DNA of 64,000 nucleotides, from assembly GCF_009914755.1 (NCBI RefSeq), contig NC_060932.1; one strand, 5' to 3'. Position 1 is the stretch's first letter; each line of letters opens with the position of its first letter. Shown here piece after piece: positions 15,094 through 30,310 of the stretch. Position numbers and translations under genes: made by a program. The stretch is from the human T2T-CHM13v2.0 reference genome, Homo sapiens. Under the pieces are notes generated by a model that was not told the origin of the DNA, searched no databases, and saw nothing but the letters and a program-made list of their open reading frames with translations.

Positions 15094-18000
15094 CTTTTTT
15101 AATTTTTTACTTTTAATTTCTGTGGGTACATGGTAGGTGTATATATTTATGGGGTACATGAGATGTTTTGATACAGATATGCAATGCATAATAATCACAT
15201 TATGGAAATGGGGTATCCATCCCCTCAAGCATTTATCCCTTATGTTACAAACAATCTAATTATACTCTTTTAGTTATTTTTTAAATGTACAATTAAATTA
15301 TTATTGACTATAGTCACCCTGTTGTGCTATCATATACTAGATCTTATTCATTCTTTGTAACTTTTTTGGTACCCATTAAGCAACCCCACCTCTTCCCCAT
15401 CCCCACCCCCACTACCCTTCCCAGCATTTGGTAACAATCCTTCTGCTATTTCCATGAGTTCAATTGTTTCTGATTTTTAGATCCCACAAATAAGTGAGAA
15501 CATGCGATATTTTTCTTTGTATGCCTGACTTATTTCACTTAGCATAATGACCTCCAGTTCCATCCATGTTGTTGCAAATGACAGGATCTTATTCTTTTTT
15601 ATGGCCAAATAGTCCTCCATTGTGTATAAGTACCATATTTTCTTTATCCATTTCTCTGTTGATAGACACTTAGGTTGCTTCCAAATCTTGGTTATTGTGA
15701 ACAATGCTGCAAAAAACATGAGGGTGCAGATATCTCTTCAATATACTGATTTCCTTTCTCTTGGGTACTACCCAGCAGTGGGATTGCTGGATCAAATGGT
15801 AGCTTATTTTTAGTTTTTTGAGGAACCTCCAAACTGTTCTCCATAGTGGTTGTACTAATTTATATTCCCACCAACAGTGTACAAGGGTTCCCTTTTCTCC
15901 ACATTCTTACTAGTATTTGCTATTGCCTGTCTTTTGAATATAAGCCATTTTAACTGGAGTGAGACATCTCAATCTCATTGTAGTTTGGTTTGCATTTCTC
16001 TGATGATCAATGATGTTGAGCACCTGTTCATATGCCTGTCTGCCATTTGTATGTCTTCTTTTGAGAAATGTCTATGCAAATCTTTTGTCCATTTTTTTAA
16101 TTGGATTATTAGATTTTTCCTATAGAGTTGCTTGAGCTCCTTATGTATTCTTGTTATTAATCTCTTGTTGGATGGGTAGTTTGCAAATATTTTCTCCAAC
16201 AACTAATTTTGTTGATTGTTTTCTTTGCTGTGAAGAAGCTTTTTAACTTGATATGATCCCATTTGTTCATATTTGCTTTGATTGCCAGTGCTTATGGGGT
16301 ATTACTCGAGAAATTTTTGCCCAGACCAGTGTCCTGGAGAATTTCCTTAAAGTTTTTTTTGTAGTAGTTTCATAGTTTGAGGTCTTAGATTCAAGTCTTT
16401 AATCCATTTTAGTTTGATTTTTTTAAATGGCGAGAGGTAGGGGTCTGCTTTCATTCTTCTACACATGGATATCCAATTTTCCCAGAACCATTTGTTAAAG
16501 AGACTGTCTTTTCCCCAGTGTATGTTCTTAGCACCTTTGCTGAAAATGAGTTTACTATAGGTGTGTGAATTTGTTTCTGCATTCTCTATTCTATATCATT
16601 GGTCTATGTGTCTAACAGTACTATGCTGTTTTGGTTATTATAGCTCTGTAGTATAATTTGAAGTCAGGTAATGTGATTCCTCCAGTTTTGTTCTTTTTGC
16701 TTAGAATGGCTTTGGCTATTCTGGGTCTTTTGTGGTTCCATGTCAATTTTGGGATTGTTTTTTCTATTTCTGTGAAGAATGTCTTTAGTATTTTGATAGG
16801 AATTGCATTGAATCTGTAGATTACTTTGGGTAGATGGATATTATAATTATATTGATTCTTCCAGTCAATGAACATCATCTTATATTAGGATGCTGAATTT
16901 TATCATGCTTTTTCAGCATCAATTTAAGTGATCATATGGATTTTGTCCTTCATTCTATTGATATGATGTATCACATTGATTAATTTGTGTATGTTAAACC
17001 ATCCTTGCATCCCAGGGATAAATCCCACTTGGTCATGATGAATGATCTTTTAAATGTATCATTGAATTTGGTTTGCTATTAATAGTATTTTGTCGAGAAT
17101 TTTTGCACCAATATTCATCAAGGATATTGACCTATAGTTTTCTTTTTTTTAATGTGTCTTTGTCTCTTTTTGGTTTCAAGGTAATGCTGGCCTCATAGAA
17201 TAAGTTTGGAATATTCCCACTTCCTCTATTTTTCAGAATAATTTGGGTAGGATTGGTATTAGTTCTTTAAATGTTTGGTAGAATGCAGCAGTGTATCTAC
17301 CATCAAGTCCTGGGCTTTTCTCTCCAGGGAGACTTTTATCATGGCTTTCATCTTTTTACTTGTTATTGGTCTGTGCACGTTTTGGATTTCTTTATGGTCA
17401 ATCTTGGTAAGTTGTATGTGTCCAGGAATTTGTCCATTTCTTCTAGATTTTCCAATTTATTGGCATACAGTTGTTCATGGCAGCCACTAATGAGCCTTTG
17501 AATTTCTGCAGTATCAGGTGTAATGTCTCCTTTTTCATCTCTGATTTTATTTATCTGGATCTTTTCTCTTTTTTCTTAGTCTGCCTAAAGGTTTGTCAAT
17601 CTTGTTTAACTTTTCGAAAAACCAACTTTTTGTTTCATTAATCTTTTGCATTGTTTTCTTCTTTTCAATTTATTTATTCTCTAGTCTCTATTATTTCTTT
17701 TCTTCCACTAATTTTGAGTTTGGCTTGCTCTTGCTTTTCTAGTCTTTAAGGTGCATTATTAGGTTATTTATTTGAGGTTTTTTATTTTTTTTGATGTAGG
17801 CACTTATAGCTATAAGCTTTTCTCTTAGTACTGCTTTTACTGTATCACATAGGTTTTGGTATGTTGCATTTTCTATTATTATTTGTTCCAAGAAATTTTT
17901 CAATTTCCTTCTTAATTTCTTCTTTGACCCACTGGTCATTCAGGAGTATATTGTTTAATTTCCATGTGTTTGTATAGTTTCCAAAATTATTCTTATTATT

Positions 18001-20792
18001 GATTTCTAGTTTTATTCCATCGTGGTCAGAGAAGATGCTGGATATTATTGCAAATTTTTAAAATGTTTTAAGACTTGTTTTGTGACCTAACATATGGTCT
18101 ATCCTTGAGCATGATCTCTATGTGCTGAGAAAAAGAATGTTTATTCTGCAGCTGTTGAATGAAATGTTCTGTATAATATCTATTAGGTCTACTTTGTATA
18201 TAATGCAGATTAAATCTCATATTTCTTTGTAGATTTTCTGTCTAGAAGATCTGTCCAATGCTGAAAGTGGAGTGTGAAAGTCTCCAGCTATTATTGTATT
18301 AGAGTCTGTCTCTCTCTTTAGCTCTAATAATATTTACTTTATATGTCTAGGTGCTCCAGTGTTGGGTGCATATATATTTTAAATTATTACATCCTCTTAC
18401 TGAATTGACCCCTTTATCATTATATAGTTACCTTCTTTGTCTCTTCTTATAGTTTCCATCTTGAAAGCTATTTTGTCTGATAGAAGTAAGTATAGCAACT
18501 CATGCTCTTTTTCATTGCCATTGGCATGGAATATTTTTTTCCATCCCTTTATTTTCAGTCTGTGTGTCTTTATAGGTGAAGTGTGTTTCTTGCAGGCAAC
18601 AGATCAATGGGTCTTGGGTTTTTTATTGGTGGTGGTGGGTTTTTTTGTTTTGTTTTTTGGGTTTTTGTTTTTTGTTTTTTGTTTTTGTCCATTCAGCCAC
18701 TCTATATCTTTTGATTGGAGTATTTAGACTATTTACATTCAATGTTATTATTGATAAGTAAGGACTCAGTCCTGCCATCTTGTTATTTGTTTTCTGGCTA
18801 TTTTGTGGTCTTCTCTTCCTTATTTCTGTCATTCCTGGCTTCCTTTTAGTGAAGGTAATTTTCTCTGCTGATATGATTTAGTTTCTTGTGTTTTTTATTT
18901 TTATCTGTTGTATGTTTTTTTGTTTGAGGGTAACTTGAGGCTTGTAAATACTATCTTATAGCCCATTATTTTAGGCTGATAACAACACTGTTTGCATAAA
19001 CAAACAAACAAACTAATAAAGATGCTATGCCTTAACTTTGTCTCACCCCCCACTTTTTTAACTTGTTATTGCTTCTATTTATGTCTTATTGTACTGTCTA
19101 TGTCTTGAAAAGTCATTGTAGTTAATATCTTTAATTGGTTCATCATTTAGCCTTTCTATTTAAGATGAGAACAGTTTACACATCACAGTTACAATGTTAT
19201 AATATTGTGTTTTTCTATGTACTTACTATTACCAGTGAGTTTTATACCTTCAGATGATTTCTTACTGTTCATTAATGTCCTTTTCTTTCCAATTGAAGTA
19301 CTCCCCTTAGCATTTCTTGTAGCACAGTTCTGGTGTTGATGAAATCCCTCAGCTTTTGTTTGTCTGGGAAAGTATTTCTCCTTCATATTTGAAGGATATT
19401 TCCATTGAATATACTGTTCTAGGGTGAAATATTTTTGCCTTCAGCACTTTAAATATGTCATACCACTTTCTCTTGGCCTGTATGGTTTCCACTGAAAACT
19501 CTGCTGCCAGACATATTGGATCATCATTATATGTTATTCGTTTCTCTTCTCTTGCTGATTTTAGGACATTTTATTTATCCTTGACCTTTAGGAGTTTAAT
19601 TATTACATGCTTTGAGGTGGTCTCCTTTGGGTTAAATCTGCTTGGTGTTCTATAACCTTCTTGTACCTGGATATTGATAACTTCCTCTAGGTTTGGGAAG
19701 TTCTCTGTTATTATCTCTTTGAATAAATTTTCTACCCCCATATCTTTCTCTACCTCTTCTTTAAGGCCAATAACTCTTAGATTTGTCCTTTTGAGACTAT
19801 TTTCTATATCCTGTAGGCATGCTTCATTGTTTTTTATGATTTGTTCTTTTGTCTCCTCTGACTGTGTATTTTCAAATAACTTGTCTTCAAGCTCACTAAT
19901 TCTTCCTTATGCTTGATCAATTCTGCTATTTAAAAAACTCTGATGCATTCTTTGGTGTTCTAATTGCATTTTTCGGCTTGAGAATTTATGCTTGATTCAT
20001 TTCAATTATTTTAATCTCTTTGTTAAATGTATCTGATAGAATTCTAAATTCCTTCTCTGTGTTATCTCAAATTTCTTTGAGTTTCCTCAAAGCAGCTGTT
20101 TTAATTTTTTTCTGTCTGAAAAGTCTGTTATCTCTTTTTTTCTAGGATTGATCCCTGGTGCCTTATTTAGTTCATTTTGTGAGCTCACGTTTTCCTGGAT
20201 GGTCTTGATACCTGTAGCTGTCCATCTTTGTCTGGGCATTGAAGATTTAGATATTTATTGTAGTCTTTGCAGCCTGGGTTTGTTTGTACCCATCCTTCTT
20301 GGGAAAGTTTAGATACTTGGAAGGACTTGGGTGTTGTCATCTGAGCTGTGTCTGCTTTAGGGGACACCCTAAGCCCAGTAATACTGTGATTCTTTCAGCC
20401 TCATAGAGATACTGCCATGATGGTCTTAGACAAGATCTGGAAGAGTTCTAGTTTGAACCAGTTTTGCTTTCTGCTACAGTAGTGCAGCACTGGGTTCAAT
20501 GCCTCATAATTGCTGCACTCTCCCGCTCCCCGGCACATAGAAATGCTCTCTACACCACACCACTGCTGCCTGGGGATGGGGGAGGGGTGGCATCTGTGAT
20601 TCAAGCCTGTTTTTCTGACCTCTTTAGTGCCTCTTTCAGTGAATGAAGTTAAAACCATGTACTGTGAATGCTTACCTGATTTTTGGTTTTTATGAAGTTG
20701 CTTTTTTTGTGTAGATAGCTGTTAAATTGGTGTCCTTCTGGGACAGACAATTGGTTGAGGCTTCTGTTCTACCATCTTGCTCTGCCCCCTCC
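15094..20792 (-). mobile_element. L1MA2-type LINE-1 with both termini and internal deletions
   Basis: L1MA1/2-type 3'UTR; ORF2 relics (15477-16878) and ORF1 relics (~19190-20100); 5' start GGAGGGGGCAGAGCAAGATGG; 16-bp TSD with 2 mismatches at 15078-15093 and 20793-20808. Confidence 0.9.
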
Positions 20793-20808
20793 TTCCAGAT
20801 TTAATCTT

Positions 20809-21228
20809 TATCAAGATTGTTCCCGTACATTGAAAGAGATTCTTCTAGGGTCTCTGTAGAAGCACCTTAGTCGTCTGAACATTGAGATGAAAGTTTAAAG
20901 ACTTGATCTCATTGTCATCTGTTTCAAGTTCTCCAGTGTATTTAGAAGCAGCCATTGCATACCAGGATTCTTGTAGACATTACTATTATTGCCATATTCA
21001 TCAACTACCGTAGCTATTTGGTTCCCAAAGCATTGGTACAATAAGTAGTTACCACAAGCAATCATAGGTGACAATTTGTCATGTTACCACTGCATGCTAT
21101 GAATTAGCAGTAGCTCATTTGCCATTGGCAAGGAGTTCAGCATTGTGTTCAAGGGTCCAAAGAAAACTAAACTAAGTCCATACAGTTTTGAGGGTCTTTT
21201 TCCTGTGACTACTTCCATTCTCAAGTAT
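20809..21228 (-). mobile_element. ERVL internal region (leader and gag 5' part)
   Basis: Minus strand TACAAGAATCCTGGTATGCAATGGCTGCTTCTAAATACACTGGAG resembles ERVL gag; contiguous with 13220-15077 once the L1 is removed. Confidence 0.6.
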
Positions 21229-21894
21229 TGTACCAGTCAATGTCCAATCAGGAAAATAGACCATGGTAGGTATATCAGTAGAAAAAAATACAAACCATTG
21301 GTTATACAAGTATTGAAGGGCTAATGAAGAAAAAAAACAGTGAACTATCATAGAGATAATAACTATAGAAAAACAGCTACTACAGCAAAAGCTGAAGGAA
21401 AAAGAGAAGAGTTTAAGGTTACCAGAACTAAAAGCTTAAAGTATAAATCTCAAGATGCAGGGCTTATACTACGGAGGACAGGGCATACTTGATTGCTGCT
21501 AGTTCCTTAAGAGTTCATAAGAGGAAGCCCAGAGAGCTGAGACTTATGCCTCAGAAGAGGGGTCATTGCCTAGCTGCTGGTGGTACCTCTGATGGGTCAT
21601 AATGAGCTGGTTTAGGAATGCTGAAAGAAGCTGAAGGATAGAACTAATTGCTGCATCCAGGGTGAAATATTCTCAATGAGCATTATGGATAAGTACAGAA
21701 GCAAATAAGAAAGCAGAAGTACCTTCTTCCCTCCTGTCTTCCATCTCCTTCTAGAGTCCCCAACTGCAGAACCCACCAGGAGGCCAGACAATAAAGGAGA
21801 AAGATTGTTTGCAGACTCCCAGCACTGGCAGCACAGAGCAGAAGCTACAAGGATGTACTTGAAAATAAAAGGCAAGAGCCTAATAACCAGTACA
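21229..21894 (-). mobile_element. LTR41/LTR52-like ERVL LTR (probable 5' LTR of the provirus)
   Basis: Minus strand begins TGTACTGGTTATTAGGC...GGGAGTCTGCAAAC...TTTCTCCTTT and ends ...GACTGGTACA (TG..CA termini); abuts ERVL internal sequence. Confidence 0.65.
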
Positions 21895-21988
21895 AATATG
21901 TCTTACAAAAACTGAAACAAGAAAGGTAGAAAATGTATGTTTTGATCATTAAATTTTTCACGAAAGAGGACTCAAAAATCTTTCTCCA

Positions 21989-22590
<602 letters not shown>

Positions 22591-25039
22591 CTATCAAAGA
22601 CAAATGGCTTCTCCAAGAGGTTCTACCAATTATTCAAGAGGGAGAAAATAATTTCAATCATACACAACCTCTACCTAACAGACAACATGAGGTTAGCATT
22701 ACCTTTATATCAAACTCAACAAGGATAGATATTCTAATCCCACTCATAAACATAGATGCAAAAATCGTAAACAAAATACTAGCAAAATGAATGCAGCAAT
22801 ATATAAAAAAGGATAATAAATCTTACCAAATTGGATTTATTGCAAGAATGTAAAGTTGATTACGTTAGTAAATAAATTGTTGTAATCTTACATACTAAGA
22901 TATTAGAGAAAACAGCATTTGAACATTTCAATACATGAAGAAAAAAGCTTGATATAATTTAATATCCATTCATATATTTTTAAAAAATACTTCTAGTGCT
23001 AAGAAATAGAAGTAATTTACCTAGCATGATAAATTTTATCTATTTAAAAATTATAGAAAATATAATATTCAATAAACTTTGAAAGCTTTCCTTCTGACAC
23101 ATGAAACAAATCTACCTCCATTTCTTCTCAACCCTTTACTAGAGATGCCAGTCCATGCAGTAAGACAAAACACAGAAATAAAAGGGATATTGAATGAAAA
23201 AGAAGAAATAATACTGTCATTATACACCAATAATATAATTGTACACATTAAAAATCTAGAAGAATCTACAAGTGAATTATTTGAATTTGTAAAAACATTT
23301 CAAGATAGATAGACAGATATACTAAGTACCACTCTATGATAAGACAGAGTAATCTGTATTGAACTAACACTCTCACAGATAATATGTATAATATGTATAT
23401 TTTTTAAACAACTATTTGGAAGTACTGAAGATCAACAAAAAGCAGTCAGAAACTGGTGAAGAGTCAAATATGAAAGAGAGAAACTGTCCAGGATATGTAT
23501 TTGCCCAAGGATACTCTATGGCGCACATGGCGTGAGTCAGCTAGGACTCAAACAGAAAGGTTATGGCTTACTAGCTTAAGGAGCCAAAAAAATGGGCAGT
23601 CAAAAATAACCAGAGCAGCTGCGTAGTAAGAGGTGAAATCCTGGAGAAGAGTAAGTAATGAAGAGGGCCCCCGAATTGATGTATAATTTCACCCAAAACC
23701 CTGACCAACTCCTGAACTGCACATATGTCAGGGAGATCCGAAGGAGAACAATGGGAAACAACAACCATAAGGCTAGGCTGAAAGAACAAGCAAGGATTTA
23801 AACTATTGCCTATTCCAGGAAGGTGGTTTAAAGCTGAGCCCAGCCAAGTTAACTACTTGCTGAAATAAAAATTAACATTCTTCAGAAAAAGATAACAAAA
23901 TCCAGAATCTCTATGTCTTATCAGCAATGTCTGGTATATGTAAAATATTATTATATATGGGGGATAATTTAAAAAATGTAACCTAGAGTCAAGAAAAAAA
24001 AATTTAATGTTGTCTATAGAAACCAACCACCAGATGACCCAGATGTTAGCATTAGCAGACAAGAACTTAAAGAAACCATTAAAAATACGTTCAAGGACTT
24101 TAAGAAATTAATGTCATAATGAACAAATAGATAGGAATCTCAACAGAGAAATGAAAACTATAGAAAAGGTCCAAATGAGAATTTTAGAATTGAAAATTGC
24201 AATATCTGAAATGAAAAGATGATTAGATAGACTTAAAAGCACATTGGAGACAATGAAAGATGAGGCCAGCAAGCTTGCTGGTAACTCATTAGAAACTATC
24301 CAATTTGGACAAAAAGAAGGAAAAGTCTTCTAAGGAAGGAACAGAACCTCAATCACCTGCAGGACAATGTTAAGATATCTAACATATGGATAATTAGAGT
24401 TCCAGAAGGCAAGGAGAGAAAGAATGGGGAAACATAAATATTCAAAGACATATGGTAAAATTTTTCCAAATTTATGTGAAAAACATAAGGATCTAAGGAG
24501 TTCAGCAAACCCTTGGAAGGTTAGTTACAATGAAAACCACATGTTGACAAGTTATAATAAAACTGTTGAAAACTAATGATAAATAGATAATATTGAAAGC
24601 AGTCAGAGGAAAATGGTATATTACATACAGAGAACCAACAATAGAAATTACGGCTGAGCGTCATGTAAAAAAAAAAAAAAAAAAAAAAACAGTGAAAGCC
24701 AGAAGACAGTGGAAAGATATATTTAAAGCTCCAAAAGGAAAAGAAAAACTATCATCCCAAAATTCTATATCAAATGAAAATGTATTTCAAAAATGATGGT
24801 TTGGATCAAAGAAAACTTCCACATATATGCACATTTAATATATGATAAAGGTGTCACTGCAGATTAATGAGAAAGCAATATATTTGTCAATAAATGATCT
24901 GAAGAACTACATATACATTTGGTGGAAAAAAAGAAATTGGATCCCTAACTCACACCATACACAAAAACCAATTCAGGATGGATTAAAGACCTAAGTATAA
25001 AAAGCAAAGCAATAGAGAGTTTCACACAGGATATAAAAC

Positions 25040-25592
25040 CATCAGTCCCAAACTACTCACTGAGGTTCCCCCAGGACATCGTGTTGAACTCACAGCGGTG
25101 CCATGGGATATTTTAAATTTTTGAAGAAAACACAGGGATCCTTGACCCCTGTCAGACACTGAATAAATGATTAGCTCTAGACAGTTTCAATATTAAATCG
25201 AGCAACGGTCCCCTCAATGGCATTAAGTCTTTGCAAAATTAGGCTTTCAGCAGTTGCTATAATAAGAAACAAACATCCCATAAAAATCAATATGAAATAG
25301 GAAATCAGAATGGTAATATCCAGTCATATTCTAAAACTTGAGAAGTTGTACATCCCCTTAGTAAGTAAATGCAATCATTTAAGGATGAAAAAATTCATTG
25401 TTTTTCTTTCAATCAATTTGTATTATTTTTTCAAATGACTACCAAGTTGTTAGAAGATAAATGCTTATTAAGTTGCTTGGAACTAACTACCTAATAAATG
25501 GAAATTTTGGGTATTTCTTTTGGCCTAGGCCTTCCATGAAAAAATAACTGACACACAAGGGTATCATGAACTGAGAAAGTTGAGAAGCTCTG
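25040..25592 (+). mobile_element. MER119 (hAT-Charlie)
   Basis: CCCAAACT...GAACTCACAG...GGGATATTTTAAATTTT...GGTATTTCTTTTGGCCTAGG...GAACTGAGAAAGTTGAGAAGCTCTG. Confidence 0.8.
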
Positions 25593-26113
25593 ATATCGGA
25601 GAATATATATGTGACCTCAGGGTGGGAAAGAATTTCTTAAACAGGGGACAGAAAGTACTAATCATGAAAGAACTAAAACATAAATTAAAATTCCTTAAAA
25701 TTAAGAACTTCTATTCACTAAATGACATCATAAAGATATTAAAAAGGCAAGTCGCAGAGTGGGAAAAAATATAAATCATGAATAAAACTGACAAAAGACT
25801 CTCTCCAGAATATATAACAATTCCTAAAAATCAGTAAGGGAAAGAAAACTTTACAGAAAACGGGCAAAAGGCTTAGACACATCATAAAATAGGAAATCTA
25901 TATGACAAATAAACATGAAAAGTGCTCCTTTTCATCAGAAATCAGGAAAATACAAATTCAAACCACAATAAGAAATATAAAACTATAAAATTTCTAGAAG
26001 AAAACATAAGAAAAAGTCTTCATAATTTGGGATAAGTGAATAACTTTTAGATAAGGCACAAAAAATTCAAAGCATAAAAAAATGATAAATTGGTCTTTAT
26101 CAAAATTTAAAAC

Positions 26114-26262
26114 TTTTTTTTTCTTTTCTTTTTTTTTTTTTTTTTTTTTGGTAGAGATGGGGCTTCACCATGTTGCCCAGGTTGGTCTCAAACTCCTGGC
26201 CTCAAGAAATTCTCCTGCCTCAGTATCCCAAAATGCTGGGATTATAGACATGAGCCATCATG
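26114..26262 (-). mobile_element. FLAM_C / Alu left monomer
   Basis: Poly-T followed directly by GTAGAGATGGGG...GGTCTCAAACTCCTGGCCTCAAG...GAGCCA. Confidence 0.85.
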
Positions 26263-27402
26263 TAAGGGAAAAACTTCTCTTCAAAAGACACTCTTAAGAA
26301 AATAAAACTACAAGCCATGGACTGGAAGAAACTATTTGCAAAATACATATCTGATAAAGAATTTGTATCCAGAATATATAAAGAATTTTTATCAATTCTA
26401 AGTAAACAATTCAATTTAAAAATGGGTAAAAGATTTAAACAGATACTTTACCAAAGAAGACATACAAATGGCCAATAAGCAAATGAAAAGATGCTCGACA
26501 TCATTAGCCACCATTTTGCATTATTTAAATGTAAATTAAAATATGAGCTACCACTGCACAAAGGCACACACACACAAGAATAGCTAAAAATTTAAAAGAC
26601 TGACAATACCAAGCATTGGAAAGAATGTGAAGCAACCAGAACCCTCACAGACTGCTGATATGTAAAATTTAAAATGATAAAATAAAAAAAAAACACTTTG
26701 GAAAACCACTGGTGATTTCTTATTAAGTTAAAATTACACCCTATGACCCAGCAATGCCACTCCTACACATTTATTAAAGAGTAATGAAAAATATATCAAC
26801 AAAAAGACTCACTGTATGCTTTAGAAGCTTTGTTCATCATTACCCAAAACTGGAATCATTCCAAAAGCCCAACAACAAGAGAATGGATAAACTGATTTGT
26901 GTATGCAATGAAATACAACTCTGCAATGAAAAGGAACAAACTGCCAATCCATGCAGCAATATGGATGCATCTCAAAAGCAGTCCACTAAGTGAAAGAAAC
27001 AAGACACAAAAGAGTGTGTTCTAGTTGGTTCCACCGGAAGAAAAGGCAAAGCTATAGTGACAGAAAGCAGATCAGTGACAGGAGCAGGGGACTGACTGCA
27101 AAGAGGCATGAAGGAACTTTTTGGGCGATATAAATGCATCTGATTATGGTGGTGACTGTATGACAGCATACAGTTGTCAAAACTCATCCAACTGTGCACT
27201 TCAAAAGGGGGATTATTTTACTGTTTTTCGTCTATACCTCAATAATTGTAAAGGCTTAAAATATTTAATTAAGGATTTAATTTTTAAATTTTTAATTAAG
27301 GAAGAAAACCACAATGAGCTACCCTTAAATACCCACCAGATTAGCGATACATTTTTAAAGTCTGTTGATATCAAACACTGGCAAGGATAGAGTCCAGTAA
27401 CC

Positions 27403-27897
27403 GTTGCAGTTTGAGTTCCCAGGAAGCAAGCTCTGAGACAGAGTTTGGTGTAGGAAGTGTTTATTAGGGATCAGCTCCTATGAAAGGAGGGGAGGAGCAG
27501 GAAGAGGCAGAGGAGCCCAGATAGACCACACTCCGGAGCCAGTGCTGCCCATCAGAATCATCCCACAGTGGTACACAGTGGCCAAGCCTTCCCACCTCCA
27601 CCCCACACAGCCGTGACAATGACAATTCGAATATGTATGTCTTAGAAGCTTTGTTCTTCATTACCAAAAACTGGAAACAGTCCAAAAGCCGATCAACAAG
27701 AGAATGGATAAACTGTGATTTGTGTATGCAATGGAATACTACTTCAATGAAAAGGAACAAATTGTCAGGCTGTCCCAGGCAGGGCAAGACCCTGGGAAAG
27801 GCTGCTCTGCAGTGGAGGTAGGCTCTGCAGGAGCTGAGTTGGGCAGCAAGTCTTTCTGGAAGGGAAATCTGCACAGCACACCTTTGGGTGTACCACG
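27403..27897 (-). mobile_element. LTR33-like ERVL LTR, interrupted at 27620-27767
   Basis: GAGTTCCCAGGAAGCAAGCTCTGAGACAGAG...GTTTATTAGGGA...CAGCAAGTCTTTCTGGAAGGG..ATCTG. Confidence 0.55.
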
Positions 27898-28771
27898 GAA
27901 ACATGCCTACTCTGCTGATGGCATTGTAATGTAACACAAGCATTTTGGACCCCAGTTTGGTAAAGGTGAGGATGCATGTGACCTATTACTCAGCATTCTG
28001 CTCCTAGGTATGCATCCTAGTGAAATGCAAGCCCATGTACACTGAGATAAATATTCATCACAGTACTGTCCATAAGGGCCCCAAACTGGAAACAGCTCAA
28101 AAGTTCATCAGTGATAGAACACATTACATAAATTATGGTACATTTATATCATGGAATAATCAATAAAGAAGCACAGGTCAATAAAAGTACATCTACATAT
28201 ACATATAAAATGTACAGAACTTTATGGATCAGTAAAAAATGAACTAGCTACACCAGTAAGCAAAAACATGGATAAATCACATTAACATAACATTGAGCAA
28301 AAAAAAAAAAAAAGGCACAAAAGTGTACATATAGGATGATGTCACCCATGTATAGATTTAAAATGGGCAAACCATATGGTTTGGAAATGAATATATAAAT
28401 TAGAAATCTATGAGGAAAAGCAATGGAATGATTTGCACAGAAATCAGAAGAGTGGTTACTTTGGAGGGAGTGGGTGTTCTGATTCGGGTCATAGCTCCAG
28501 GTAAAACCACCCATTTTAGCCATCCCTGGGTGTCCACTTTCTGAATATGAATCAAGCCACCTATATAGGTTTGGAGTATTTTTATTTGCATTTATTTCCC
28601 AAAAAGAAGGAGACATGTCACATATGTAATTGTTAGAGGAACTGGGCATGTTTAGCCTGAAAAAAAGAGAAGGCTTAGGGGCCATATAACGGTTGTCAAT
28701 TACCTAGAGAAAAGAAAGTACACTTACCACCTGCTTCTCCACAGGGCACAGCTCAAACCTTGGAGAGAGAA

Positions 28772-28917
28772 TTTTTTTTTGTTGTTTTGGTTTTACGTTT
28801 GTAGAGATGGGATCTTGCTATGTTGCCCAGGCTTGTCTCAAACTCCTGGCCTCAAGCTATCCTCCCACCTCAGCCTCCCAAAGTGCCGGGATTACAGGTG
28901 TGAGCCATCGCACCCAC
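28772..28917 (-). mobile_element. FLAM_C / Alu left monomer
   Basis: T-rich tail followed by GTAGAGATGGGATCTTGCTATGTTGCCCAGG...GTGAGCCATCGCACCC. Confidence 0.85.
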
Positions 28918-29134
28918 TCATTTTTTTTAAAAGTGTCTGATGATCCAAATACAGGAAATGGTACTCCAAGCTCAGCAGTCCATCCACTGGCCTGTTTCAT
29001 CTGAGGCTGAAGTTAAGTTTAGTGGCTTCAACCTCTCTTCCAGTTCTGCAGCCTCAAGGTACAAAGAACTAGCCTGGAAGAGGATGGGCTGATGGGAGTC
29101 AGGAAGCCGTTCCACATATAACAGCAAAGAATGA

Positions 29135-29446
<312 letters not shown>

Positions 29447-29829
29447 TAAAATAAATGTCAGTTAATGGGCCCTTACCGTGTGAGCTCCACCCACCTGGCC
29501 ATTTCTATCTGGGAAACTCCTGTTGCATTCAGTTAGGCAGTGTGCAGCTCCCAGGTGAACATGTTCTGCTACAGTCCTTCAGGCCAGGCCCTCAGGAGGC
29601 CCAGCATCTCCCTCAGAATAAGAACAGTCCTGGGGCTGCTGACTGTGGTTCCCAGCCACCCTGAAGTCCACCAGAGACAGTGCAGGGTCTTGTCTTCCAA
29701 GAACTGCCCAGGTGGATGCCCTCCCGGAAAGATGAAGAGCATTGACGCAAGGCAGGGGGTGCCAGTGCCACCGTTCCCGATGGTCACAAGGACAGGCCAT
29801 GGGTTCACGGGCGTTGTCTCTTTTTTGGT

Positions 29830-30310
29830 TGTTTCGTGTGCCAGTGCTTTATTAGGGAATGCCGTCTCAGGAAAGCAGGAGTGGGAGAAAAGGAAGGAGC
29901 TGGGAAGAAGGGAGAGTCAGGAGAAGAGGGGACCCTGGCTGAGTGGGGCACGGCTTTATGGAAACTGATTGCTTGGTGTCAAAGGATATCTTCAAAGAGG
30001 CCGAGGGAAGCCACTCCATCTTCAAAGAGTCCACGCAGGGGAGAAAAGGAGAACAATTTACCCACTGGTGGCCGTCTCCTATTGGTCAAAGTATGTTCCC
30101 CGCCCAGGGTGTTAACCCCAGTGTGCTTCAAGGATGCACGTGCCCAAGTGCTAAGTGGGAGCCGCAGTGTTCACTTCATGCCTAAACAGCAACAGAAAAC
30201 TCCAGGGTAAGAGGCAAAGGACAAGATGCATGGGCAAGAGCAAGGCATGTGTGCATCTGTTGTACTCAGGGACCCTGTGAGGAACTAGAAGAAGCCACGA
30301 CAGCAGGCTC
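29830..30310 (-). mobile_element. LTR16/LTR50-like ERVL LTR relic
   Basis: CTTTATTAGGGA...CAGGAAAGCAGGAGTG...CTATTGGTCAAAG...GGGTGTTAACCCC. Confidence 0.45.
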
